This document shows, one piece after another, positions 52,072 through 60,797 of a stretch of 64,000 bases of DNA. The stretch covers positions 640,001 to 704,000 of the forward strand of contig CBDHDG010000004.1 of assembly GCA_965261595.1 (NCBI GenBank). Reading direction: 5' to 3'. The notes beneath the pieces are model-generated. The model saw nothing but the letters and a program-made list of their open reading frames with translations, was not told the origin of the DNA and made no database searches. Each line of letters opens with the position of its first letter. The stretch's first letter is position 1. The translations under genes and the position numbers were made by a program. This stretch comes from a bacterium. Lineage in GTDB: Bacteria; UBA8248; JACPRG01; G963555815.

Positions 52072-52860
52072 ATGGCTCGTCATGGTCTCCGCGTAATCGT
52101 CCTCCTCCCCCTCCTCCCCTTCCTCGCCGGCTTCGCCGGGATTCTCGCCGAGACATGGGGTCAGGCGGGAATTCCCCGCGACGATGCTCCGATGGCCCGG
52201 GTCCCCGCCGGTGTATTCCTGATGGGCGATTCGCGCGGGGCGCTCACCGAGCGGCCCCAAATCCGGGTCCACCTGGACGCCTTCGAGATCGACGTTCACG
52301 AAGTCACGAACGTGCGGTACGCCCGGTTCATGCGGGCGCGGCGCAAGACGGGAAGACCCGTCAGGACACCCGATTATTGGGACTCCCCCGCATTGAATCC
52401 GCCGCGGCATCCCGTGGTCGGGCTGACTTGGCAGTAGGCCCGGGCCTACTGCGCCTGGGCCGGAAAACGCCTTCCCACCGAGGCCGAATGGGAAAAGGCC
52501 GCGCGCGGAACGGACGGTCGGAGGTATCCGTGGGGGGACGCCTTCGGCGCCGGCAGGGCCAACGCCGCGCCGGCGGGTCTGAACCGGCCGGCGCCGGTGG
52601 GGTCCTTTCCTTCCGGGCGAAGTCCGTACGGACTGGAGGACATGGCGGGAAACGTCTGGGAGTGGACGGCCACGCCTTACGGGGCTTACTACTACCGGGT
52701 CTCTCCCCCGCGGAATCCCCGGGGCCCTCGTGACGGATGGCTGAAGGTCATTCGCGGCGGTTCCTGGATGAACGGGCCGGATCAGGTCCGGACGAGCGTG
52801 CGCTTCCGGCTGGACCCCGTCGTGAAATGGAAGCGCGTGGGCATGCGCTGCGCCCGCTGA
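52072..52860 (+). CDS. Exported FGE-sulfatase-domain (SUMF1/NirV-like) protein interrupted by an in-frame TAG at 52435-52437
   Basis: [75 protein letters not shown] all in one frame. Confidence 0.8.
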
Positions 52861-53021
52861 CCCGAAGGGCGCCCGGTTCTCATCATTCCAAAGCCGGAAA
52901 CGGACAGAATAATCCAATTGAGAATTTGTTGACCCTATTAAATAATGACGGATCTCCCGTCTTCAGAGGATTTGTTCCCCTGACGACAAGAAAAGACGAG
53001 GATCCGAAGAAGGGACGTTTG

Positions 53022-53743
53022 GTGAATCGAATTCGATGGATGGCCCTGGGGATTGTGCTCCCCGCGATGTTCTGGACTTTTTCCGCGTGGGGTTACGAGG
53101 TCGTCGAGGTAAAGGACGGCGGCGCGGTGAGCGGAACAATCACATTCGAGGGACAGGCCCCGGCGCCGAAAGAATTGCGCGTCACCAAAACGAAAATGTC
53201 TGCGGGGTGAAGCCCTTATTTTCCCAGGAGTTCGTCGTCTCCAAGAAGGGGGCGCTCAAGAACGTCGTGATTTCGCTGGTCGGCGTTGAAAAGGGCAAGG
53301 CCTTCAAGAAGAAATCCGCCCGGCTGATTCAGCGGCAGTGCATGTTCGTCCCGCACGTCGCCCTGATCCCGGTCGGAAAGCGGTTCAAACTCGTCAACGA
53401 GGACAAGCTCCTCCACAACCTCCGGACCCTATCGAAAGAGAACGTCGCCCTGAACATCGCCCACCCGAAGTTCAAAAAGACCCTCCGGATCAAGAAGAAG
53501 TTCAAGAAACCCGAAATCATGCGGATCAAATGCGACATCCATTCCTGGATGGACGGGTGGATCATCGCCATCGCTCACCCCTACTACGTCGTATCCAAAA
53601 AGTCCGGCCGGTTCACCCTGAAGAACGTCCCCCCGGGCGCATACAAGCTCCGGGCCTGGCACGAGATCCTGGGCGAACAGGTCCAAACCGTCACGGTCCC
53701 CGCCGGCGGAGAGGTGAAGGCCGATTTCACTTTCAAGAAATAG
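53022..53743 (+). CDS. Exported cupredoxin-like / carboxypeptidase-regulatory-like domain protein, frameshift near 53190
   Basis: Signal plus GAVSGTITFEG, then in the next frame QRQCMFVPHV, N.D..LHN, KCDIHSWM, HPYY, G.FTLKNVPPGAYKLRAWHE. Confidence 0.75.
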
Positions 53744-53753
53744 CCTCCTCGGC

Positions 53754-54905
53754 ATGAGCCCCCTGCCGCCCTCCGGCGCCCGAGCGCGCTCCGCGAGCCG
53801 TTCGCGCCCCTCCGCCCAAGGGCGATGCCCCCGCCTTGGGCGGGCCTGTCGCGCCCTCCTCGCGGGATTCCCCGCTCCGTCTTCCGCCCACCACGTCAAG
53901 ATGCGGTCCGGCCCCTTCGGCGGAATGGTCAGCTCCATTTCCATCCACCCCTCGGACCCGCGAAGGATTTACGCGGGGGTCTTCGGCACTGGTGTCTTCG
54001 GCGCGGGGGTCTACCGCTCGGACGACGGCGGGACCCTTTGGACCGCGAAATCCAGGGGCCTGACGGACACCGGCGTCTACAGCGTCCTCGTCCTCCCGGC
54101 AGGCGGAACCGTCCTGGCGGCCACGAACACCGGGGTTTTCCGGTCCGTGGACGGGGGTGAATCGTGGAAGCCGTCGAATCGCGGACTCCCCGATACAGGG
54201 GTCCGGATGTTCGCCCCCCTGTCCGAAAGCCACATCCTGGCCGCAACCGGGTCGGGGGTGTTTCGCAGCCGCGCCGGGGGAAAGACCTGGGCGGATGCGT
54301 CCGAAGGGCTCACAAACCAGGACGTCCGATGGCTTACCGTCGAGCCCGACGCGAAGAGAACGATCTTCGCGGCCACCTTCGGGGGCCTTTTCGAGAGCCG
54401 GGACGGCGGACGGACCTGGCGGGAAAAGGGTCTCTCCCTCCCCCCACTGCGCACGGCCATTGTGGCGGCGGGGGGACGGACGGTGATCGCCGGTTCGGCG
54501 AACCGGGGCGCCTTCATCAGCCTGGACGGGGGCGCGACGTTCAAACCCGCGAATGAAGGCCTCCCCAGCCCCTACATCATGGCCCTCGGATTCTCGGCGG
54601 CGGCGGGGGAGGAAGAAGGAGCAGAGGGATCTCCACCCATCTTCCTGGCCGGGACCCTCGGCGGATTGTACGTGAGCCGCAACGGAGGAAGCCGTTGGAA
54701 TTACCTGTCGAGCGACATGACGAACCTGTCCATTACGGCCTTCGCCGTCCATCCGAAGGACCCGAAGATGATTTTCGCCGCCACCGGCGGCCTGATCTTC
54801 CGGACGGCCGATGGAGGCCGCACTTGGACGAACCAGGCGCGCTGGGTGATCCATCATGCGGGGAGATTGAATCCGGCGCGGGGAAAATCCTTCGCCGGCC
54901 GGTGA
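53754..54905 (+). CDS. BNR/Asp-box beta-propeller protein (VPS10/YCF48-like); true start uncertain
   Basis: Multiple SxDGGxTW repeats (RSDDGGTLW, RSVDGGESW, ESRDGGRTW, ISLDGGATF, VSRNGGSRW, TADGGRTW). Confidence 0.8.
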   Translation: MSPLPPSGARARSASRSRPSAQGRCPRLGRACRALLAGFPAPSSAHHVKMRSGPFGGMVSSISIHPSDPRRIYAGVFGTGVFGAGVYRSDDGGTLWTAKSRGLTDTGVYSVLVLPAGGTVLAATNTGVFRSVDGGESWKPSNRGLPDTGVRMFAPLSESHILAATGSGVFRSRAGGKTWADASEGLTNQDVRWLTVEPDAKRTIFAATFGGLFESRDGGRTWREKGLSLPPLRTAIVAAGGRTVIAGSANRGAFISLDGGATFKPANEGLPSPYIMALGFSAAAGEEEGAEGSPPIFLAGTLGGLYVSRNGGSRWNYLSSDMTNLSITAFAVHPKDPKMIFAATGGLIFRTADGGRTWTNQARWVIHHAGRLNPARGKSFAGR

Positions 54906-54999
54906 ACGGTTGCGGGACCGCCGGCCTGATCCGTGATTGCGAATGACCGTGGGCGCATGCGCCAAAGGAGAGAAGCTCCATGAAAGGGAGGGAAGTTCC

Positions 55000-55719
55000 A
55001 TGAAAGGGAGAAACCGGAAGTGGTTGGGCGTTTCCTTGCTGGCCCTGGCGTTTGCCGTCAGCGGGCCGATGGGCTGGACGCAAACGTCCGACGCCGCAAA
55101 GAAGGCCAATCCATGTAACCCATGCGCCGCGAAGAAGGGAAATCCGTGTAATCCGTGCGCGGCCAAGGGAAATCCATGCAATCCCTGCGCGGCGAAGAAG
55201 GCCAATCCGTGCAACCCATGTGCGGCCAAGAAGGCCAACCCATGCAACCCGTGCGGGGTCAAAGCCAAGGCGAATCCGTGCAACCCGTGCGCGGCCGGCG
55301 GCGGCCGGAAGGGCCCCCGGGCCAAGGCCCGGATGATCATCGGGAAGGTGCTCTACGCGAAAGGCAATTACGTGGCGGTCCAGTGGAAGGGCGCGAAAAT
55401 CAACATCGGCGTCCACGCCAAAACGCAGTACTCCCGCGGACCCGCCAAATCCTCCCTCGGCTCGATCAAGCCGGGAGAGCGGATCATCGTTTCGATGATG
55501 GATCGGGGCGGCAAACTGAGCGCCAACTACGTCTACCTGTCCAAGGCCTCGAAGGGCGGAAACCCCTGTAACCCATGCGCGGCCAAAGGGAATCCCTGCA
55601 ACCCGTGTGCGGCCAAGAAGGCCAACCCGTGCAACCCATGCGCCGCCAAAGGAAATCCCTGCAATCCATGCGCGGCGAAGAAGGCCAACCCGTGCAACCC
55701 GTGCGCGGCCAAAAAGTGA
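55000..55719 (+). CDS. Exported protein with 6 N-terminal and 5 C-terminal NPCNPC repeats flanking a small beta-rich (OB-fold/DUF5666-like) domain
   Basis: GGGAGG RBS, signal peptide, 11 NPCNPC units (22 Cys); core GKV...V...T.Y.....SLGSIKPGERIIV.......A..V. Confidence 0.85.
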   Translation: MKGRNRKWLGVSLLALAFAVSGPMGWTQTSDAAKKANPCNPCAAKKGNPCNPCAAKGNPCNPCAAKKANPCNPCAAKKANPCNPCGVKAKANPCNPCAAGGGRKGPRAKARMIIGKVLYAKGNYVAVQWKGAKINIGVHAKTQYSRGPAKSSLGSIKPGERIIVSMMDRGGKLSANYVYLSKASKGGNPCNPCAAKGNPCNPCAAKKANPCNPCAAKGNPCNPCAAKKANPCNPCAAKK

Positions 55720-55805
55720 TTGCGGCTTGTGCCGACGGATTCCGAGCGGGATTCGAAAGAGACGCGTCCAAACGCGGAACACTCGAACTCAAGGGAGGTC
55801 AATCA

Positions 55806-56435
55806 ATGCTTCGATCATGGACGAGGGTCTCGGCGGCCCTCCTCGCAGCGGTGGTGATGACGGCCGGGACGGCCGCAATCGCCTCCGCCCAGAAAAAGAA
55901 GACCATCCCCATGGGGCCCTATTTTCAAACGCTCCAGAAGGATGCGTCCATCGCCGCCGCCATCAAGCGGGGAAAGCGGCAGTTCAACCAACTGGGTTGC
56001 GCTGGCTGTCATCCGCGCGGGGGCACCATCGGCGGAACCGCCCGGGCGGTCGACGGAAGCCCGGTGCCCGTTCCCATTCCCCAGCTCGTGGGCGCGGCCC
56101 TTCACTACCCGCGCCTATCGATGACGGGGTTCGCGGCGAACATCGGCATCATGAACGACCTCTGAAACACGATCTTTCTCGGCCGTGAGCCGATGGATCC
56201 CAATTCCCAGCAGTACATGGACCTGTACGCCTACGTCGCCTCTCTTACACCGGCGGTCAAAAAGGAGATGCTCCGGTGGGAGAAAGAGCGCCAGGCCCTG
56301 ATGAAGAAAATCATGAGCAAGGGCGGGGGCGGCAAAGGCAACCCCTGCAACCCGTGCGCGGCCAAAGGGAACCCGTGCAATCCTTGCGCGGCCAAGAAGG
56401 CCAATCCGTGCAACCCATGCGCGGGGAAGAAGTAA
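55806..56435 (+). CDS. Exported c-type cytochrome selenoprotein (209 aa, Sec at codon 120, UGA 56163-56165) with a C-terminal NPCNPC tail
   Basis: GGAGG RBS, signal peptide, CAGCH heme motif, then IMNDL-U-NTIFLGREPMDPNSQQYMDLYAYVASL in frame, ending with 3 NPCNPC units and TAA. Confidence 0.8.
56166..56199 (+). promoter_or_regulatory. Bacterial SECIS-like hairpin
   Basis: GATC...TCGGC-CGTGA-GCCGA..GATC; loop G 20 nt after the UGA. Confidence 0.65.
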
Positions 56436-56460
56436 GAAACGCACGCTGTTTGATATAATT

Positions 56461-56498
56461 GAAAGGGGGACGGTTGCGAGGCCGTCCCCCTTTCGATT
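56461..56498 (+). terminator. Strong hairpin, probable terminator or mRNA stabiliser after the Sec cytochrome
   Basis: 13-bp perfect stem GAAAGGGGGACGG / CCGTCCCCCTTTC. Confidence 0.6.
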
Positions 56499-56552
56499 TG
56501 GTTCCGCGAAAAAATTCGGCGCGGATGAACACTGAAGATGGATGGAGAAACG

Positions 56553-57317
56553 ATGAACGCATTCCGGAGACTCTTCGTCGGCGGCATTTTCCTGGCCGTC
56601 GGGTGGGCGGCGTCGCCCGCGATAAGCGCCGAAATCAAGGGCGACCTGGAACAGGGCAAAGACGTCTACGAGGAGATCTGCTTCTCATGCCACGGCGCCA
56701 GAGGGGACGGGAAGGGCCCGAGCTTCCGGAACACGATGCCCTACCCCCAGGTTTTCGCGAATCCCAACTACATGAAGCGCCTGACGCCGCAATACATGTT
56801 CGACGTGGTGAAGTTCGGCAAGCTCGCCGTCATCAAAGGCGAGAAGCAGACCGGGAAGTACGACGTCCTGCCCATGCCCGGGTTCGAGGATTCCCTGGAG
56901 GACGGGGAGATCCGCGGTCTGATCGCCTATGAGAAGTTTCTCCTGACCGGAAAGTGGAACCCACCCAAAGGAAGTGAATTCACGCAAGCGGATATGAAGG
57001 AGTACTTCGACGGGGCCTGCGCCGAGTGCCACGGCCCGAAGGGCAAGGGAAACGGGGACAAGGCGGTCGGAAAGCAGGACCCCGGCAAACCGTTCGTCAG
57101 CGTCGCCCAGCCCGCGCCCGCCGACCAGACCGACCCCCTCCTCATGGCCCGGTTCAACGACGAGTTCATCTTCTGGCTGATCAAGAAAGGCCGCATCGCC
57201 GTCACCGAAGAGAAGAACTTCGACATCATGAAACCCTACGGACACGTCATGAGCGACGAGGAGATCTGGAGCGTCGTGCGGTACGTGTGGGAAACGTATA
57301 TCGAAAAGAAAAAGTGA
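56553..57317 (+). CDS. Diheme c-type cytochrome
   Basis: Signal peptide; CFSCH...MPGF and CAECH...MKPY (Met axial ligands). Confidence 0.88.
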   Translation: MNAFRRLFVGGIFLAVGWAASPAISAEIKGDLEQGKDVYEEICFSCHGARGDGKGPSFRNTMPYPQVFANPNYMKRLTPQYMFDVVKFGKLAVIKGEKQTGKYDVLPMPGFEDSLEDGEIRGLIAYEKFLLTGKWNPPKGSEFTQADMKEYFDGACAECHGPKGKGNGDKAVGKQDPGKPFVSVAQPAPADQTDPLLMARFNDEFIFWLIKKGRIAVTEEKNFDIMKPYGHVMSDEEIWSVVRYVWETYIEKKK

Positions 57318-57385
57318 GGCGGGCTTCTCGGAAAAGAGAAGCGGCCGACCCGTCCGGCGTTCGTTCTTCGAGGCGCGCGGCAATC

Positions 57386-58597
57386 CTACGGAAGCAGAAT
57401 CGTTCTATCGTACAGGACATACGGCGAAGACATCGCGTGGGCGCGGGCCTTCTCGATCAGTCCGCGCGCCCGGGCGCTCATCCGGCCCTGGAGAAGCGAA
57501 GGGAAGAACGTCGCGCCGTAGTAATCGTCGGGATGGACCTCCACGAAGACGTGGAGGCGCTTCGCCCCCCGGGGGTTGGGCGCGTTGTAGTCGAAGACGC
57601 GGGTCTTCCCGGGGGGGATGCGCGTGTCCGACCGCTCGACCCAGCCGCCTTCGTATTCAAGCCGGCGTTGGATGCGGTCCGCCCGGCGGCTCCCCTCGAT
57701 GGTCTTTCCATTCTCGTCGAGCAGCTCCACCTTGATGAAGACGGCCGGAATCATGTACGTCGGAAACATGTGACCCGCCCCGGTGTTGGTCAGGGTGATT
57801 CGCGCGACGGCCCGGCCCGGAACGGCCTCCTTCCCCCGGGGGACCACAACGCCCAGCGTCACCGCCCGGGCCGTCATCTCCTTGTCGTGAATGCCCCGCC
57901 ACAGGTGCTTGCGCCCCGGCATGTGGCAATCCTGGCACTGAACGCCCAGCTTTGAATACGGCCCTTCTTTCCACTCCACATACGTGTTCTCAATCGGCTT
58001 TCCGTTAACGGCCGCCGACATCGGATGCTGGTGGCACGTCCGGCAAAACTCCGACCGCTCGAAGGCGGTCGTCCGGGTTACGCCTCCGTGGGGCGATTTC
58101 TCCACGCTGGGTCCAAGGGATTTCCCCGCCTTCGGCGGGCCGAACCGCTCGTGCCCCCGCACGTGACAAGCGGCGCAGATCAGCCCCCCCTTCTCCAAAT
58201 CTTTCACGTAGCCCTCGTTCCTGACGACCGTCCCCGACCGCCCGACCCGATAAGGCTGCTGCTCGGCCAGGGGGGCGTGACAACCCACGCAGTCCTCCGC
58301 CCCGGCGGGATTGTCCACCCACTGGCCGACCACGCCCGGGCCCATGGCCTTGGCGTGAAGACTCGTCTTCCAGTCAGCGAGCTGGGCGGGGTGGCAAGCC
58401 CCGCAGGACTGGGGATCGAGCGCGCTTTCCAAGGGAGAGAACCCTTTGGGCGGCTTCCCGTTGGGCGCGAACGGAGATTGCCAGTGCTTGGCGACGAACG
58501 CTTCGATCGCCGGGTCCGGCGACTGGGCCGGGGCCTGGTCCGAAGAGAGCAGGAAGAAACCGGCGCAAGCGACGACGCGAAAAAATGTTTGCCGCAT
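57386..58597 (-). CDS. Pentaheme c-type cytochrome (c554/c552-like)
   Basis: Signal peptide; CGACH, CVGCH, CAACH, CRTCH, CQDCH; W..S.HA; GAGHMFPT. Confidence 0.88.
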   Translation of the reverse strand: MRQTFFRVVACAGFFLLSSDQAPAQSPDPAIEAFVAKHWQSPFAPNGKPPKGFSPLESALDPQSCGACHPAQLADWKTSLHAKAMGPGVVGQWVDNPAGAEDCVGCHAPLAEQQPYRVGRSGTVVRNEGYVKDLEKGGLICAACHVRGHERFGPPKAGKSLGPSVEKSPHGGVTRTTAFERSEFCRTCHQHPMSAAVNGKPIENTYVEWKEGPYSKLGVQCQDCHMPGRKHLWRGIHDKEMTARAVTLGVVVPRGKEAVPGRAVARITLTNTGAGHMFPTYMIPAVFIKVELLDENGKTIEGSRRADRIQRRLEYEGGWVERSDTRIPPGKTRVFDYNAPNPRGAKRLHVFVEVHPDDYYGATFFPSLLQGRMSARARGLIEKARAHAMSSPYVLYDRTILLP

Positions 58598-58627
58598 TTT
58601 CAGCGATTGATCCTCTCAGGGAAGACG

Positions 58628-58672
58628 AAAAGAAAAGACCCGGGAGGATTTTCCTTCCCGGGCCTTCTTTTT
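58628..58672 (-). terminator. Intrinsic terminator (possibly bidirectional) downstream of the repeat peptide gene
   Basis: AAAAGAAAAGACCCGGGAGG...CCTTCCCGGGCCTTCTTTTT. Confidence 0.65.
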
Positions 58673-59017
58673 ATCAGAATCCAGCCGAAATCAACAATCG
58701 ATTGCTACTTCTTGGCCGCGCAAGGATTGCAGGGGTTGGCCTTTTTCGCCGCGCACGGGTTGCAAGGATTGGCCTTCTTCGCAGCGCACGGGTTGCAAGG
58801 ATTGGCCGCCACCTTGGCCGCGCACGGGTTTGCAGGGGTTGGCCTTTTTCGCGGCGCACGGGTTGGCCTTCTTGTGCCAGGCCGCGTCACTCACCCCGGA
58901 TCCCGCGACGAACAGGACCGCGACCGCCGCCACCAGGAAACTACACAACAGTCCCCCGCTCTAGGGTTTTGTTGGACACTCGATTGATCCATGATTCATG
59001 GAGAAAGGGGTGTCGCG

Positions 59018-59404
59018 ATGAACGAACAAAAGCAAGAGGGGGCTTTGGCGGAGGGCGCCCGCAGGGCGAACGGAGCCAAGGCCCCAGGGCATCGCAGTGA
59101 GCGGGGTCGGTTCTCCTGCCAGCGCAAGCGGGAGGCGGTCCTGCGTCTTTTGCGGGGCGAGAGCCTGGAGACGCTCTGCCGCGAGTTGGGCACGACAGCG
59201 GCTCGGCTTTCCGCCTGGCGCGAGGCGTTCCTTCGCGGGGGCGAGGCGGCGCTCAAAGCCCGCCCGGCGGATGAGCGGGACGAGGAGAACGCCCGGCTCA
59301 AGGCCAAGGTGGGCGAACTCACGATGGAGGGCGAGGTCCTGCGGGAGAAGATCGACCGCCTGGAGGCCGGCCGCCCTTTAGCCGGCAGGAGGTGGAGGCG
59401 ATGA
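59018..59404 (+). CDS. IS3-family transposase OrfA
   Basis: Near-identical to 22087-22473. Confidence 0.85.
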   Translation: MNEQKQEGALAEGARRANGAKAPGHRSERGRFSCQRKREAVLRLLRGESLETLCRELGTTAARLSAWREAFLRGGEAALKARPADERDEENARLKAKVGELTMEGEVLREKIDRLEAGRPLAGRRWRR

Positions 59405-60309
59405 GTCAGGCCCGCTTCACCTCCACGGGCAGAGCCTACGGCCTGAAGCGGGTGTGCGCCCTTTGGGGCTTGGCGCGCTCCACGGTCTACGCGCAACGGC
59501 GGCGAGAGGCGGTCCCCGTTCATGAACGCCCCACGCCCAATAAGCGCGGCCCTGTGGGCCCGTGCACCGATGCGGAACTCCTCGGCCACATCCGGCAGGT
59601 CCTGGAGGACTCTCCCTTCCATGGCGAGGGCTACCGCAAGGTGTGGGCGAGGCTGCGCTTCGCGGGCATCCGCACCAGCAAGGAGCGGGTGCGTCGCCTG
59701 ATGCGGGAGGCGGGGCTTCAGGCCCCCCACCGGGTGGGCAAACCCCGAGGTCCCAAGGCCCACAACGGGACCATCCGCACCGAGCGGCCCGACCGAGTGT
59801 GGGGCACGGACATGACGACGACGGTGACCACCGAGGAGGGGATGGCCTCGGTGTTCGTGGCGGTGGATCACTGCTCGGTGGACTGCGTGGGGATCCATGC
59901 GGCCAAGAGCGGCAACCGCTTCGAGGCCCTGGAGCCGATCCGGCAGGGGGTCGCCGAGCGCTTCGCCGGCTTGGAGGCGGACGTCGCCGAGGGGCTTAAA
60001 GTTCGTCACGACCACGGCCCCGCCTATCTGTCCGATGACTTTCAGCGGGAGATCGCCTACCTGGGCATGACCAGTTCGCCCAGCTTCGTGCGGGCGCCCG
60101 AGGGAAATGGCTACTGTGAGTGGTTCATCCGCATCTTGAAGGAGAATCTCCTGTGGGTGCGCTCTTTCGCCACCGTAGAGGAACTGCGGTGGGCGCTGCT
60201 TGAGTTCAAGAACCTGTACAACCATCATTGGATTCTCGAGGGCTACGGCTACCGAACGCCGGCCCAGGCAAGGCAGGAAAAACTCGCTCAAGTTGCGGAG
60301 GCCGCATGA
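59401..60309 (+). CDS. IS3-family transposase OrfB
   Basis: Near-identical to 22470-23378; DDE motifs. Confidence 0.9.
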   Translation: MSQARFTSTGRAYGLKRVCALWGLARSTVYAQRRREAVPVHERPTPNKRGPVGPCTDAELLGHIRQVLEDSPFHGEGYRKVWARLRFAGIRTSKERVRRLMREAGLQAPHRVGKPRGPKAHNGTIRTERPDRVWGTDMTTTVTTEEGMASVFVAVDHCSVDCVGIHAAKSGNRFEALEPIRQGVAERFAGLEADVAEGLKVRHDHGPAYLSDDFQREIAYLGMTSSPSFVRAPEGNGYCEWFIRILKENLLWVRSFATVEELRWALLEFKNLYNHHWILEGYGYRTPAQARQEKLAQVAEAA

Positions 60310-60797
60310 GGTCGAATACCCTCACCCGAGTGTCCAATAACCCAGGGGCGGTCCAACAGTTTCTTCATGCTCTCTTCTCCCTCTCGTTTTGTAATGGTTC
60401 CCACTTGGAAGACAAAGATTGACCGTCCGGATCACTCGGGCGCCGGATTGAGGGCTTCCCCGGAGACTCGACTTCATCCCCTCTCCCCCTGGATTCAAGC
60501 ATCGCCACTTCTCTGATAACCAAAAAGAAGAGGAGAAATTTCATGGATCGTTGAAATCGTCTAAATTTTTCTTCCACCGGCCTTACCCCCGGCAGGCCGG
60601 ACATCCGGGCCAACCTTGCCCGGCCCGAGCGCAAAGTCATTCCTCCGCCCCTTCAGGACCGCGCGTTCTCATTCGGAGGCTGATATACTGGCAAGGGAAC
60701 CATCACCCGAACCCGACCCAAGAACCTTTGAACGCTCCACTTCGGCCGGGATCCCCCGGATTGCAGGCCCATCGTTTCATGCGGAGGAACCGAGCCC

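Larger units (their letters stand above)
58952..60355 (+). mobile_element. IS3-family insertion sequence, copy 2 (1404 bp), 4-bp target duplication ACAG
   Basis: Same ends as copy 1; ACAG at 58948-58951 and 60356-60359. Confidence 0.92.
58705..60368 (-). pseudogene. Stand-alone exported NPCNPC-repeat peptide gene interrupted at codons 4-5 by IS3 copy 2
   Basis: Removing 58952-60355 and one ACAG copy restores ATG AAG AAA CTG TTG TGT...; with one extra A near 58830 also removed it reads MKKLLCSFLVAAVAVLFVAGSGVSDAAWHKKANPCAAKKANPCNPCAAKVAANPCNPCAAKKANPCNPCAAKKANPCNPCAAKK; purine-rich RBS upstream of ATG 60368. Confidence 0.85.

Noticed and set aside
52435..52437. Pyrrolysine at the in-frame TAG
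   Set aside because: The position is normally Asp/Glu, no pyl genes are in the window, and mutation or sequencing error explains it more simply.
54978..55010. Direct repeat CCATGAAAGGGAG (2 copies) at the start of the NPCNPC protein
   Set aside because: A short local duplication of the RBS/start region with no evidence of an operator function.
55100..55716. Regularly spaced DNA repeats resembling a CRISPR array
   Set aside because: They are in-frame coding repeats (NPCNPCAAKK) with synonymous variation, no unique spacers and no cas genes.
55717..55719. TGA ending the NPCNPC protein as a possible Sec codon
   Set aside because: It follows the same AAKK terminus that ends in TAA/TAG in the other repeat proteins, and read-through gives nothing recognisable and runs over the next gene's RBS.
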